A DNA stretch of 48,105 nucleotides from positions 1 to 48,105 of IMG/VR virus record IMGVR_UViG_3300045821_000004, one strand, 5' to 3'. The DNA is from a virus (taxonomy: Duplodnaviria > Caudoviricetes). The notes beneath the pieces are model-generated. The model was not told the origin of the DNA. It searched no databases and saw only the letters and a program-made list of their open reading frames with translations. Below are positions 8,316 to 16,950 of this stretch, one piece after another (positions within the stretch are counted from its first letter, which is position 1; the number at the start of each line of letters is the position of its first letter). The position numbers were made by a program, and so were the translations under genes.

Positions 8316-8609
8316 ATGCAAAGCATCTTATTTAACAAGCATCTAAACAGCTACGTAGCAGTTGAAGACCAGCTCTCCGACCTAATGTTTGAACAAGGTT
8401 GGAGACTAGTATTCAGCGATAGGTATATCCAATACCGTATACTAACACAACATAACTGCGAGATTGTACGTCAATATTGGGAACTCTACGATGATGACGG
8501 CAACCTCATTCCAGAACAAGAACTACTGGCTTCAATTGAAGCATACATTGAGGAACAGGAAGCAGAAGATGAAATACCAGAACTGTTAGGTCTTGACTCT
8601 CAAGAATAA
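8316..8609 (+). CDS. Acidic early hypothetical protein
   Basis: AGGAG RBS; 97 aa with very acidic C-terminus. Confidence 0.75.
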   Translation: MQSILFNKHLNSYVAVEDQLSDLMFEQGWRLVFSDRYIQYRILTQHNCEIVRQYWELYDDDGNLIPEQELLASIEAYIEEQEAEDEIPELLGLDSQE

Positions 8610-8690
8610 GAAGACTGGGGGCGGTTGGTTGCCGGTGGCAACCGCCCCCTGAAGATAATTAATTATATACTTAACTCAAAAGGAAATAAA

Positions 8691-9281
8691 ATGAACAAGC
8701 CAGAAGGTAACAACCAAACAACACGTCAACAAGTAAACGGAAGGCCAACAAAGGACATTGATATGCCTGAGTTGTTCAACCAAATTAGAGGTGAAGGTAA
8801 CAACCAAACAACACGTCAACAAGTTCCTAACCTCATTCCCTATCTGCTTGATGCAAACGGAAGGCCAACAAAGGACATTGATATGCCTGAGTTGTTCAAC
8901 CAAATTAACGGGGTAGCCAACTACCTGCCAGCAGGGTTACAAATATCCTTTGCTCAAAGCTTCATCAAACAAGCTCTCAACACTCTTGAACACTTTGATA
9001 ATCCTCTTGAACCTGAACTCCGCAAGATTGCAGGTGACATCCGTACCTTCCGTGCAACTTGGAAGAACGCAGCAACAGCTCGTCAGAACGTGAAAGATGT
9101 CAAAGACGGAACAGCAGGAGCAGAAATAGCAGCCCTGCAAGCAGCAATTAACAAGCTTCAAGCAGCACAGCAAGCAGTCAACGGCAGCGGCAACGCAGTT
9201 GACATGGCAGTAGCACAGAACACAAACATAGATGCTGTCCAGAAAATGATAACAGAGCAAATAGCAAAAGCTCTTTTATAA
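8691..9281 (+). CDS. Early hypothetical protein with internal duplication and C-terminal coiled coil
   Basis: Start at ATG 8691 after AAGGA; duplicated EGNNQTTRQQV and NGRPTKDIDMPELFNQI. Confidence 0.75.
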   Translation: MNKPEGNNQTTRQQVNGRPTKDIDMPELFNQIRGEGNNQTTRQQVPNLIPYLLDANGRPTKDIDMPELFNQINGVANYLPAGLQISFAQSFIKQALNTLEHFDNPLEPELRKIAGDIRTFRATWKNAATARQNVKDVKDGTAGAEIAALQAAINKLQAAQQAVNGSGNAVDMAVAQNTNIDAVQKMITEQIAKALL

Positions 9282-9287
9282 CACATT

Positions 9288-9326
9288 GGGAGGAGGCTAA
9301 CATAGCTCCTCCCTCTTCTTTTGTTT
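9288..9326 (+). terminator. Rho-independent terminator
   Basis: GGGAGGAG..CTCCTCCC stem followed by TCTTCTTTTGTTT, right after the stop at 9281. Confidence 0.65.
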
Positions 9327-9372
9327 AGCTAAAACCAAGTCAATCCCAAACCATTCTCAAAATGGAGTATTT

Positions 9373-9507
9373 ATGAATAAAACTATTCCTCAACAAAAAA
9401 ACCATAAAATTCAGAACAAAGAATTCTTAAAGGTTGTCATCAATTGGCATAAGCATTACAATGGTGCTATTGCTCAAGCTTTCAAAAAATCTGTACAAGG
9501 AGCTTAA
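9373..9507 (+). CDS. Small hypothetical protein (44 aa)
   Basis: GGAG RBS; MNKTIPQQKNHKIQNKEFLKVV... Confidence 0.45.
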   Translation: MNKTIPQQKNHKIQNKEFLKVVINWHKHYNGAIAQAFKKSVQGA

Positions 9508-9508
9508 A

Positions 9509-9652
9509 ATGAAATTTAAGAAACAACAATCAAACTTAGATCGTCGTCGCCATGACTTCCATTTGATGATAGCCAAAGGAAGCAGAGAATCAAAAGTCGA
9601 TCTGCGTATGAATACTAATGGTTTTCATTGCCTAGGAAGCAATAAAAAGTGA
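9509..9652 (+). CDS. Small basic hypothetical protein (47 aa)
   Basis: AAGGAG RBS before ATG 9509; GTGA overlap with next gene. Confidence 0.55.
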   Translation: MKFKKQQSNLDRRRHDFHLMIAKGSRESKVDLRMNTNGFHCLGSNKK

Positions 9653-10191
9653 TAAAACCACTAGTCTTATGGGGTGGAACTGACATTTCACCCCATCTCT
9701 ACAACGAAACTCCCCATCCATATACACAACGTAGCAACGACAAACAAGATGCTGAAGAGTGGTATGCAATACAAACAGCCATTGAACAAGGAATACCAAT
9801 TGTAGGTATCTGTCGTGGAGCACAGCTTCTTTGTGCTTACAATGGAGGTAGTTTACACCAACACACACATCCCCATGAAGGCAATGAGCATCCAATTGAA
9901 GTACAATGGGGCAATGAAAAGCAAACGTTTCACAAAGTAACAGCAGGTCATCATCAAGTAATGGTTCCAAAAGGCAATCACAAACTAATAGGTTGGAATC
10001 CTGGACTTACTAATGTTTTTGATAACAAAATGAGATTAATTGAAATACCAAATTGTGCTGAAATTGTATGGTGGCCTAATACACAATGTTTAGGGATACA
10101 ACCACACCCAGAATGGAGCACAAAACAAGACCCATTTGTTAAGTGGCTCAACAATCTTCTTTTAAAACTAGACATCACCTATTCTTTCTAA
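9649..10191 (+). CDS. Class I glutamine amidotransferase / peptidase C26 (PuuD-like)
   Basis: GGTDI oxyanion motif, GICRGAQ catalytic Cys, QPHPEW His-Glu. Confidence 0.9.
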   Translation: MIKPLVLWGGTDISPHLYNETPHPYTQRSNDKQDAEEWYAIQTAIEQGIPIVGICRGAQLLCAYNGGSLHQHTHPHEGNEHPIEVQWGNEKQTFHKVTAGHHQVMVPKGNHKLIGWNPGLTNVFDNKMRLIEIPNCAEIVWWPNTQCLGIQPHPEWSTKQDPFVKWLNNLLLKLDITYSF

Positions 10192-10200
10192 GGAACTCAA

Positions 10201-10977
10201 ATGCTTAAAACCATAGGCTCCGATATGGAGCTATTCGCAAAAAACACCAATGAAGAACACATTGCTTTATGTGGTAAAATTGGTGGTAGTAAAGAAGCAC
10301 CTAAGAAACTTACCAAATTTGGTAGAGGTTTTGCAATACAAGAAGACAATGTTGCTTTTGAATTCAACATCCCCGCTTCAAACACAGAACAACAATTTGT
10401 AAACTGTTTCAAGACAATGAGGCATGAAATTAAAAGCATTCTCAATAAACTCGATCTTGTAACATCAACAAAATCTTCTGTTTCTTTTGATAAAATGCAA
10501 CTTACACATCCAAACGCTCTTGTTTTTGGATGTGAACCAGATTATAACATCTGGAGCATGAAAGAAAATAAGAAACCACAAACAAAAGATGAAAATCTTC
10601 GTACTGCTGGTGGTCACATTCACATTGGTAGTGATATTCCTTTCATTAATGGTGTTCGCAATATGGACTTGTTTCTAGGAGTACCTTCCATCATCATGGA
10701 TAATAATGAAGCAAGCAATACAAGACGTAAACTCTATGGTAAAGCTGGAGCAATGCGTCCTAAACCCTATGGTTGGGAATATCGTGTTCTCTCTAACTTC
10801 TGGATGTGGAACAATGAACTTGTTAGTTGGGTCTTTCAACAATCTAAACTTGCTTGTCAATATCCGCATAAAATAACTAAAGATGAAGGTAAGAAGATTG
10901 AAACTTGTATTAATACAGGTGACATAAATCTTGCACAAACCATTTGCAATCAATACAAAATTAATGTTTTAGCTTAA
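10201..10977 (+). CDS. phiEco32-like COOH.NH2 ligase type 2
   Basis: IGSDMELF, IGGSKEAP, QEDNVAFEFNIP, FGCEPDYN, RTAGGHIHIG, RRKLYGKAGAMRPKPYGWEYRVLSNFW. Confidence 0.9.
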   Translation: MLKTIGSDMELFAKNTNEEHIALCGKIGGSKEAPKKLTKFGRGFAIQEDNVAFEFNIPASNTEQQFVNCFKTMRHEIKSILNKLDLVTSTKSSVSFDKMQLTHPNALVFGCEPDYNIWSMKENKKPQTKDENLRTAGGHIHIGSDIPFINGVRNMDLFLGVPSIIMDNNEASNTRRKLYGKAGAMRPKPYGWEYRVLSNFWMWNNELVSWVFQQSKLACQYPHKITKDEGKKIETCINTGDINLAQTICNQYKINVLA

Positions 10978-10978
10978 T

Positions 10979-11491
10979 ATGATAAAACATCTTTTAAAGA
11001 TAATGGATTTTAAAGAACCTACAACACAATTCATGGAAGAATGTAAAAAGAAACTTGCTAGTACATACATGATTGTTGACAATAAAATTGAATACATTAA
11101 ATACTTTGATTTTGTAGAAAAAAGAATAAACACTGGTGAAAATTATATAGCACCAACATCTCTTGAACAATGGCTACCTGAAGCAGGTTTATATATTACT
11201 GAAGATGGCGTTGCCTATTGTGTTCAGAAAAGACCAAAAAGACAATGGTTTAAAAGCTGGCATCCAGACTATTATTCTCTTGAAGCACTATCAGCAGACC
11301 CCTTTAACAATTCTGGAATAGAACTTTACAATAAAATACATAAAAGTATTAAACAACTTATTGGTGTTGACAAAGACCAATACATATATTATTTTAATCA
11401 AACTATTGGTATCATTCAGAACAAGACTATTGTTTGTACCGATGGACTTTATGAACAAGAACTCATAGATTGGAACAATAATGCCAATTAA
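10979..11491 (+). CDS. Hypothetical protein in amidoligase cluster
   Basis: 170-aa ORF tightly packed in the operon. Confidence 0.7.
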   Translation: MIKHLLKIMDFKEPTTQFMEECKKKLASTYMIVDNKIEYIKYFDFVEKRINTGENYIAPTSLEQWLPEAGLYITEDGVAYCVQKRPKRQWFKSWHPDYYSLEALSADPFNNSGIELYNKIHKSIKQLIGVDKDQYIYYFNQTIGIIQNKTIVCTDGLYEQELIDWNNNAN

Positions 11492-12533
11492 ACCTACCCT
11501 AGGAGAACTCCCTCTACAAAAACCCAAAACTAAACTTGTTTATCCAGAATTATTAGAGGAAGAAAATCCACCCCCACAAAACTTTAACTGGGGACAAAAA
11601 ATACCAACAAATTTTTATAAACTTAAAACAGCACCTTCCGAAAAACCAAAACCTCTTAATGAAATAAAAATTACAGACATAGAAGGAAAATATAAACCAC
11701 TTTCTAAATATGAAGGTCTTTTAGGAAACTTCTTTGTTCGTGCTCCTACAACATACATTGGAGTTGAAGTTGAACTTGAACATGTTGTATTCAAAACAGA
11801 CCTATCACATACTACCTGGAACTCAGTTGAAGATGGCAGCCTAAAAGAAAAAGGACTAGAAATTGTATCAATTCCAATTCAATATAAATATATTGAAGTA
11901 GAATTAAACAGACTCTTCTCCTGTCTAGACAAACCAGTAACAAGTAGTCGTTGTAGTATTCATATACATATTAATGTTCGTGATTTTACTCTTGAAGAAC
12001 TCAAAACCTTTATAGCTTTATATATGATATTTGAGAAATCTCTTTATAACTATTCTGGAAATCGTTGGAATAACAACTTTTGTGTCCCTCTTTTCTTCTA
12101 TCCTCGAATGGTAAAAGACTTTATTTACTTTTTAAACTATAATAACATTATTAAATATTGCTGGTATAAATATTCAGGATTTAACCTAAGTCCTATATAT
12201 GGTGGGGAAAGTAAAAAAACAGGAACAATTGAATTCCGTCATATGAAAGGCAATACAGACATACAAAATATTCTTAATTGGATTAATCTTATTGTTTCTT
12301 TAAAAATAACAGCTAAAAAACATCATTATGAAGCAATAGAGCATCTTCTCCTTAGAATGAATACAACTAGTGAATATCATTGGTTAGCAGAAGAAACATT
12401 TAAAACCAGCAGTACTCTTATAACATCTCAACCTACTTTTAAACAAGATGTTGAAATGTGTATAGCACAAACTAAGAAAGTTTTCTTAAAATCAACACCC
12501 TCAACCCTTATTCTTCCAATTAAAGGACTATAG
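11481..12533 (+). CDS. Putative amidoligase (glutamine-synthetase-like COOH.NH2 ligase)
   Basis: GVEVELE, EDGSL..GLEIVS, CSIHIHIN, GTIEFRHMKG motifs. Confidence 0.88.
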   Translation: MPIKPTLGELPLQKPKTKLVYPELLEEENPPPQNFNWGQKIPTNFYKLKTAPSEKPKPLNEIKITDIEGKYKPLSKYEGLLGNFFVRAPTTYIGVEVELEHVVFKTDLSHTTWNSVEDGSLKEKGLEIVSIPIQYKYIEVELNRLFSCLDKPVTSSRCSIHIHINVRDFTLEELKTFIALYMIFEKSLYNYSGNRWNNNFCVPLFFYPRMVKDFIYFLNYNNIIKYCWYKYSGFNLSPIYGGESKKTGTIEFRHMKGNTDIQNILNWINLIVSLKITAKKHHYEAIEHLLLRMNTTSEYHWLAEETFKTSSTLITSQPTFKQDVEMCIAQTKKVFLKSTPSTLILPIKGL

Positions 12534-12534
12534 T

Positions 12535-13737
12535 ATGTGTGGAATAGTAGGACTTATAGCAAAAAGAAAAACAGGCTTTTATAAAACCGATTGGGATACT
12601 TTCCGACAACTCCTATGGGCTGACCAGCTTAGAGGAACAAACGGAACTGGTGTATATTTTAATACACAAAAAGACAAGGTTGCAGTTCGTATTATTAAAG
12701 ATGCTATATCTGCTTCTGCTTTTATTAACACGAAAGAATTCGATAATGCAGAAGCACAGTTTATTAAAGAAGCACAATTTATTGTTGGTCATAACAGAGC
12801 AGCAACAAAAGGAAAGATTGATAAAGCTTGTACACATCCTTTTCGTGAAAAACACATTGTTCTTGTTCACAATGGTACTATATCCAATCATAATCTTCTT
12901 GGAGATGCAGAAGTAGATAGCAATGCCATTGCACAATCAATTGCAGAAATAGGGGCTAAAGAAACTCTTAAGAAGATTGACGGTGCTTTTGCTCTAGTAT
13001 GGTTTGACCAAAAAGAAAAAACTCTCAATCTTTGTCGCAATAACCAACGTCCTTTAAATTTGGTTGAAACAAATAATAGTTATATTATCTGTAGTGAACC
13101 AGAAATGGGGGAATGGGTAGGAAAACGTAATCGTTTAGGTTTTGTTAAAACAATTAACATTGAACCAAAAAAGATATACAAATTTAAACAAGACACACCA
13201 GGAACTTTTGAAACAGAAGATGTAGAATACAAAAATACCTGGAAAGAACAAGAATGGAATTATTCACCTTCTAACTGGAAAAACAAACTCAAGGAATACA
13301 AGTCCGGTGAACGAGTACGATTTCGAGCCTCAAACATCAAATATAAAGGTTATAATAACCAAGTTACTTACATTGAAGGGGACATTAACAAATATCCTTT
13401 TGCCAAAATAATAGATTTTAAGGTAGATTTTGAAGACGAATGGAGAATAAACTACTTTTCTGATATAGAAGATTTAAAAACAATTGAAAATTGTGCAGAT
13501 TTAGAAGGTACAGTACATTTTATTCGTATATCAGAAGGTAAAACTTCATATACCATAAAAGATATTAAAGCCTGGGAACCAAAAAGCCCCAATAGTTTTG
13601 CTCTAACAACTCTAAACTTATGTGAAGATTGTGGTTTAGAAATAACAGGAAAACCACATGACATAAATGGATTTAAAATGTGTAAAGACTGTTATAATGA
13701 TGTAAATCCAATCTTTAAATTTTTTGGGAGAAAATAG
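12535..13737 (+). CDS. Class II (Ntn) glutamine amidotransferase with C-terminal zinc finger
   Basis: N-terminal MCGIVG, GHNRAAT, HPF, HNGTI, VDS; C-terminal CEDC..CKDC. Confidence 0.92.
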   Translation: MCGIVGLIAKRKTGFYKTDWDTFRQLLWADQLRGTNGTGVYFNTQKDKVAVRIIKDAISASAFINTKEFDNAEAQFIKEAQFIVGHNRAATKGKIDKACTHPFREKHIVLVHNGTISNHNLLGDAEVDSNAIAQSIAEIGAKETLKKIDGAFALVWFDQKEKTLNLCRNNQRPLNLVETNNSYIICSEPEMGEWVGKRNRLGFVKTINIEPKKIYKFKQDTPGTFETEDVEYKNTWKEQEWNYSPSNWKNKLKEYKSGERVRFRASNIKYKGYNNQVTYIEGDINKYPFAKIIDFKVDFEDEWRINYFSDIEDLKTIENCADLEGTVHFIRISEGKTSYTIKDIKAWEPKSPNSFALTTLNLCEDCGLEITGKPHDINGFKMCKDCYNDVNPIFKFFGRK

Positions 13738-14462
13738 TGACAATGATAATAATTAGTAGTAGAGTAGGAGCAATAAGTGCTAAAATTCTTGCAAATAATG
13801 TTGGTTGTTTGTTTGAAGAACCCTTTAAAACTGCCAATAGAAACTTTGAAAACTATTCTATTGTCTTTAAATATGGTTTCAGTCCTGTAATTAAGACTAA
13901 ACCAACTAGTAAAGTCTGGAATAAAACAGACAATACTAAGATGGTAATACAAAAACATGTTACTTTTGATAAACTAAAGAAACACAACATCACTGTACCA
14001 TATACAACAGACCTTGAAGAAGCTGCTACATGGCTTGAAGAGGGGGAAACAGTTGTAAGTCGTGCTGTAGACGATGGACACAATGGTAAAGGTCTTACAT
14101 ACATTACCAATCAGAAAGAATTACACAACACAAAAGCAGTATTCTGGACTAAATTTATTGACCATACAAATGAATTTCGTATCAATATATGGCGTAATAA
14201 AGTTGTTTCTGTCTATGATAAGATACAAAAGAATGAACTTTTTCACTTTAAACACTTCAAAGGAGTTGAAGAACAACCACAACTTCTCTTTCTAGTAAAT
14301 ACAATATATAACACAATTGGTCTTGACTTTTGTGGACTAGATGTTTTAAGAGATAAAGAAGGAAATCTTCATCTCTTAGAAATCAATAGTGCTCCTACAT
14401 TACACAAAGAAACATTAGAAAACCTCACTAAGATAATCAAAGAGGAGATAAAAAATGGTTGA
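13737..14462 (+). CDS. ATP-grasp peptide ligase (RimK-like, phage type)
   Basis: GHNGKG loop, EFRI, GLDFCGLDVL..LLEINSAP. Confidence 0.85.
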   Translation: MTMIIISSRVGAISAKILANNVGCLFEEPFKTANRNFENYSIVFKYGFSPVIKTKPTSKVWNKTDNTKMVIQKHVTFDKLKKHNITVPYTTDLEEAATWLEEGETVVSRAVDDGHNGKGLTYITNQKELHNTKAVFWTKFIDHTNEFRINIWRNKVVSVYDKIQKNELFHFKHFKGVEEQPQLLFLVNTIYNTIGLDFCGLDVLRDKEGNLHLLEINSAPTLHKETLENLTKIIKEEIKNG

Positions 14463-15138
14463 AGTAAAATTATTAAAAGAAAACCCGGAATTACATGGAC
14501 TTTCAATGGCTTTCTTTGAACATGATAAAATAAAAAACAGATATGAACAAAAATCAGAACTAGCTCCTTGTCGTTCTTATCTCTCTGATATTATATTTGA
14601 CTTGAAGAATAAACTTCCTCATGTAAGTACGTTTAGTAAAAATTGTACCTTTGACATTAAAAATGACCCTACATACATAGGACTTTGGTTCTCTGATAAG
14701 CATTGGGAAGCTCTTGGAGACAAAGAAACATTCTTAAAGAACCTAAAACATATAAACGAAATAGAAAAACAAGCAGATGTAGAACCAACTATTGTATTTA
14801 AAACAAAACACCCAGAACTTCTCATAGTAAAAGCAGACAAAACTTGGAAAGACTGCTGTTGGAAAATAAGTATCTATTCTTTTCTATTAAAAACCTATTC
14901 TTATAGTTCAAGAAAAATAACAAATGAAACCTATTGGAATCTATTTACTAAATATAAAAAGATATGGCTTAGCAATATAAAAGAAGATAAGGAAATATTT
15001 GATAAAGAAACATTTAAAAGCTGTTGGGATAAAGATGCATACTATCAATACAATACTGTACATGTATTGGTTGGTTTTATTTCTATTGCTAATAACCTTA
15101 ACCCTGTAATGACTAAACTATTAGGAATAAAAAAATGA
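14455..15138 (+). CDS. Hypothetical protein, paralog A
   Basis: Shares CRxxLxD, ADKxWxxCxWKISxYxFxLK and HxxxGFxSI with the next gene. Confidence 0.75.
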   Translation: MVEVKLLKENPELHGLSMAFFEHDKIKNRYEQKSELAPCRSYLSDIIFDLKNKLPHVSTFSKNCTFDIKNDPTYIGLWFSDKHWEALGDKETFLKNLKHINEIEKQADVEPTIVFKTKHPELLIVKADKTWKDCCWKISIYSFLLKTYSYSSRKITNETYWNLFTKYKKIWLSNIKEDKEIFDKETFKSCWDKDAYYQYNTVHVLVGFISIANNLNPVMTKLLGIKK

Positions 15139-15797
15139 TAAAACTAGAAAAAAAACCACAAAACTTTTTACAAGAAATGTTCCAATCTATAAATACTAAA
15201 TTTGCTTTCATACATAAGAAAGGAAACAAATATAAAGAACTAACTGTACCATCAAAATGCAGAGACTTTCTTGGTGATTGTATATGGAGTAAAAAAACAA
15301 AACAAGAAGTAAATATATATAACTTTACATACGACTATAACAAAACACCATATAACAAAGACTGTCTTCGTCTGTCTATGACCTTTCCAAATGAAAAAAC
15401 AAAACTCACTTTTACTAATAACTATCCTCTTATCTATGGTAAAGAAAAACAAGCTAACACTACTTTCAGTAATTTTCAACCTACACAAGACCCTCTTACT
15501 ATATATATTGAAGCTGACAAAGCCTGGCAATCTTGCGTTTGGAAAATAAGCTTGTACACATTCTATTTAAAACTTATGTGTTATAAAACAATAGGAGATG
15601 TACGAGAACCAGAAAATCAATATATAAAACTTCTTACTCCAGAAAAAGAAAACATCTTTCTTACTAAAATAAAAAAAGGAAAAGAATATTTAAGCACAAA
15701 CCAAAACTTTGCTCATAACTTTAGTGGATTCTATTCCATACTAACGGGTATAAGTACACCAGAAACAATAGAAGCTATACTAGGAGGCCCTAAGTGA
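15135..15797 (+). CDS. Hypothetical protein, paralog B
   Basis: See paralog A; ATGA overlap. Confidence 0.75.
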   Translation: MIKLEKKPQNFLQEMFQSINTKFAFIHKKGNKYKELTVPSKCRDFLGDCIWSKKTKQEVNIYNFTYDYNKTPYNKDCLRLSMTFPNEKTKLTFTNNYPLIYGKEKQANTTFSNFQPTQDPLTIYIEADKAWQSCVWKISLYTFYLKLMCYKTIGDVREPENQYIKLLTPEKENIFLTKIKKGKEYLSTNQNFAHNFSGFYSILTGISTPETIEAILGGPK

Positions 15798-16048
15798 GGT
15801 GCAAAGCTTGTGATAAAAACCTAACCTCTTTTGAAAGTACACGTAAGATAGTATATGAAGATGACTCAGTTGAATACATAGACCTCTGTAACCATTGTTA
15901 TAAAACAATTGAGATTGAGGAGATAGCAGACGTTGTAAATAGATACGACCTTTTACATGAAGTTGATATAGAAAGCACCTATGATGACACACTCTACAGT
16001 TGTGAAGAAGGAACAATGCCCGCAATGTGGGAAACTGGGGAAGGATAA
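15794..16048 (+). CDS. Small zinc-finger protein with acidic tail
   Basis: AGGAGG RBS, GTG start; CKAC..CNHC. Confidence 0.7.
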   Translation: MRCKACDKNLTSFESTRKIVYEDDSVEYIDLCNHCYKTIEIEEIADVVNRYDLLHEVDIESTYDDTLYSCEEGTMPAMWETGEG

Positions 16049-16769
16049 ACATGGAGACAACCTTGCCATCTATTCTGACGGTCACAGCTTTTGTTATTCT
16101 TGTGCTTATTATAGAAGTGCTTCTGGTTTGGAACATCTTAAAACCAAAGGCCAGGAAAACTATCTTCAAGAACCGCCCTATCTTCCCATTGACTGTGACA
16201 TCCTGTATCCAAAAAGAGCAATCGAATGGATAGAACAATATGAACTTACAACAACTGATTGTCTTAATCATAATGTTATGTGGAGTGAGTCTCTTCAGCG
16301 CCTTATATTCCCTGTATACGGGGATGGACAACTCATTGCATGGCAAGGTAGAGCTTTCCATTTACCACAAGTAAAGAATCCTAAAATACCTAAGTGGTAT
16401 GGTAAAGGCAATCTGAAGGATACATTTAACATCCTTGGTAAAGGAAACAAGATAGTTTTATGTGAAGACATTGTCTCTGCCATTAAACTTTCTAACTGTG
16501 GTATAATGGCTATGCCCCTCTATGGTAGCTTCATAGGCATAGAACGCTTCAGAAGGCTCATTAAACTAATTCCTAAAGACACCAAGGTAGGGGTATGGCT
16601 TGACCCTGATAAAAGGCCGGAGGCAGCCTCAGCAGCACGCTTAGGAAGACTATGTGGACTGCAATGCAGAAGTATTATTTCAGATAAAGACCCCAAGGAG
16701 CATAGCTATGACGAAATCAGAAACATTATTAATCCAATACAAGATACCATATACAAAGTTCTTACGTAA
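15981..16769 (+). CDS. DNA primase (T7-type zinc ribbon + TOPRIM)
   Basis: CPQC..DNLAIYSDGHSFCYSC zinc ribbon; VLCED and WLDPD TOPRIM acidic motifs. Confidence 0.9.
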   Translation: MMTHSTVVKKEQCPQCGKLGKDKHGDNLAIYSDGHSFCYSCAYYRSASGLEHLKTKGQENYLQEPPYLPIDCDILYPKRAIEWIEQYELTTTDCLNHNVMWSESLQRLIFPVYGDGQLIAWQGRAFHLPQVKNPKIPKWYGKGNLKDTFNILGKGNKIVLCEDIVSAIKLSNCGIMAMPLYGSFIGIERFRRLIKLIPKDTKVGVWLDPDKRPEAASAARLGRLCGLQCRSIISDKDPKEHSYDEIRNIINPIQDTIYKVLT

Positions 16770-16921
16770 TAGTAAGGTTCCTTGTGAGATGGTAGAAACA
16801 TTTAAACTTAATGCTGAAGCTTCTGAAGAACAATATCTTTTGTACTATGCTATCTTAACTATTCCTAATGCAAAAAATGCTTATACTTCTTGGAAGAAGA
16901 AACAATGGAAACAAAACTATC

Positions 16922-16950
16922 TTGACAGACTTGATAAACCATGTTAGAAT
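16922..16950 (+). promoter_or_regulatory. sigma70-like promoter at helicase start
   Basis: TTGACA-17 nt-TAGAAT with TG extension. Confidence 0.55.

Noticed and set aside
8703-8907. Repeat pair as DGR template/variable repeat
   Set aside because: Copies are identical with no adenine-specific mismatches, and there is no reverse transcriptase gene.
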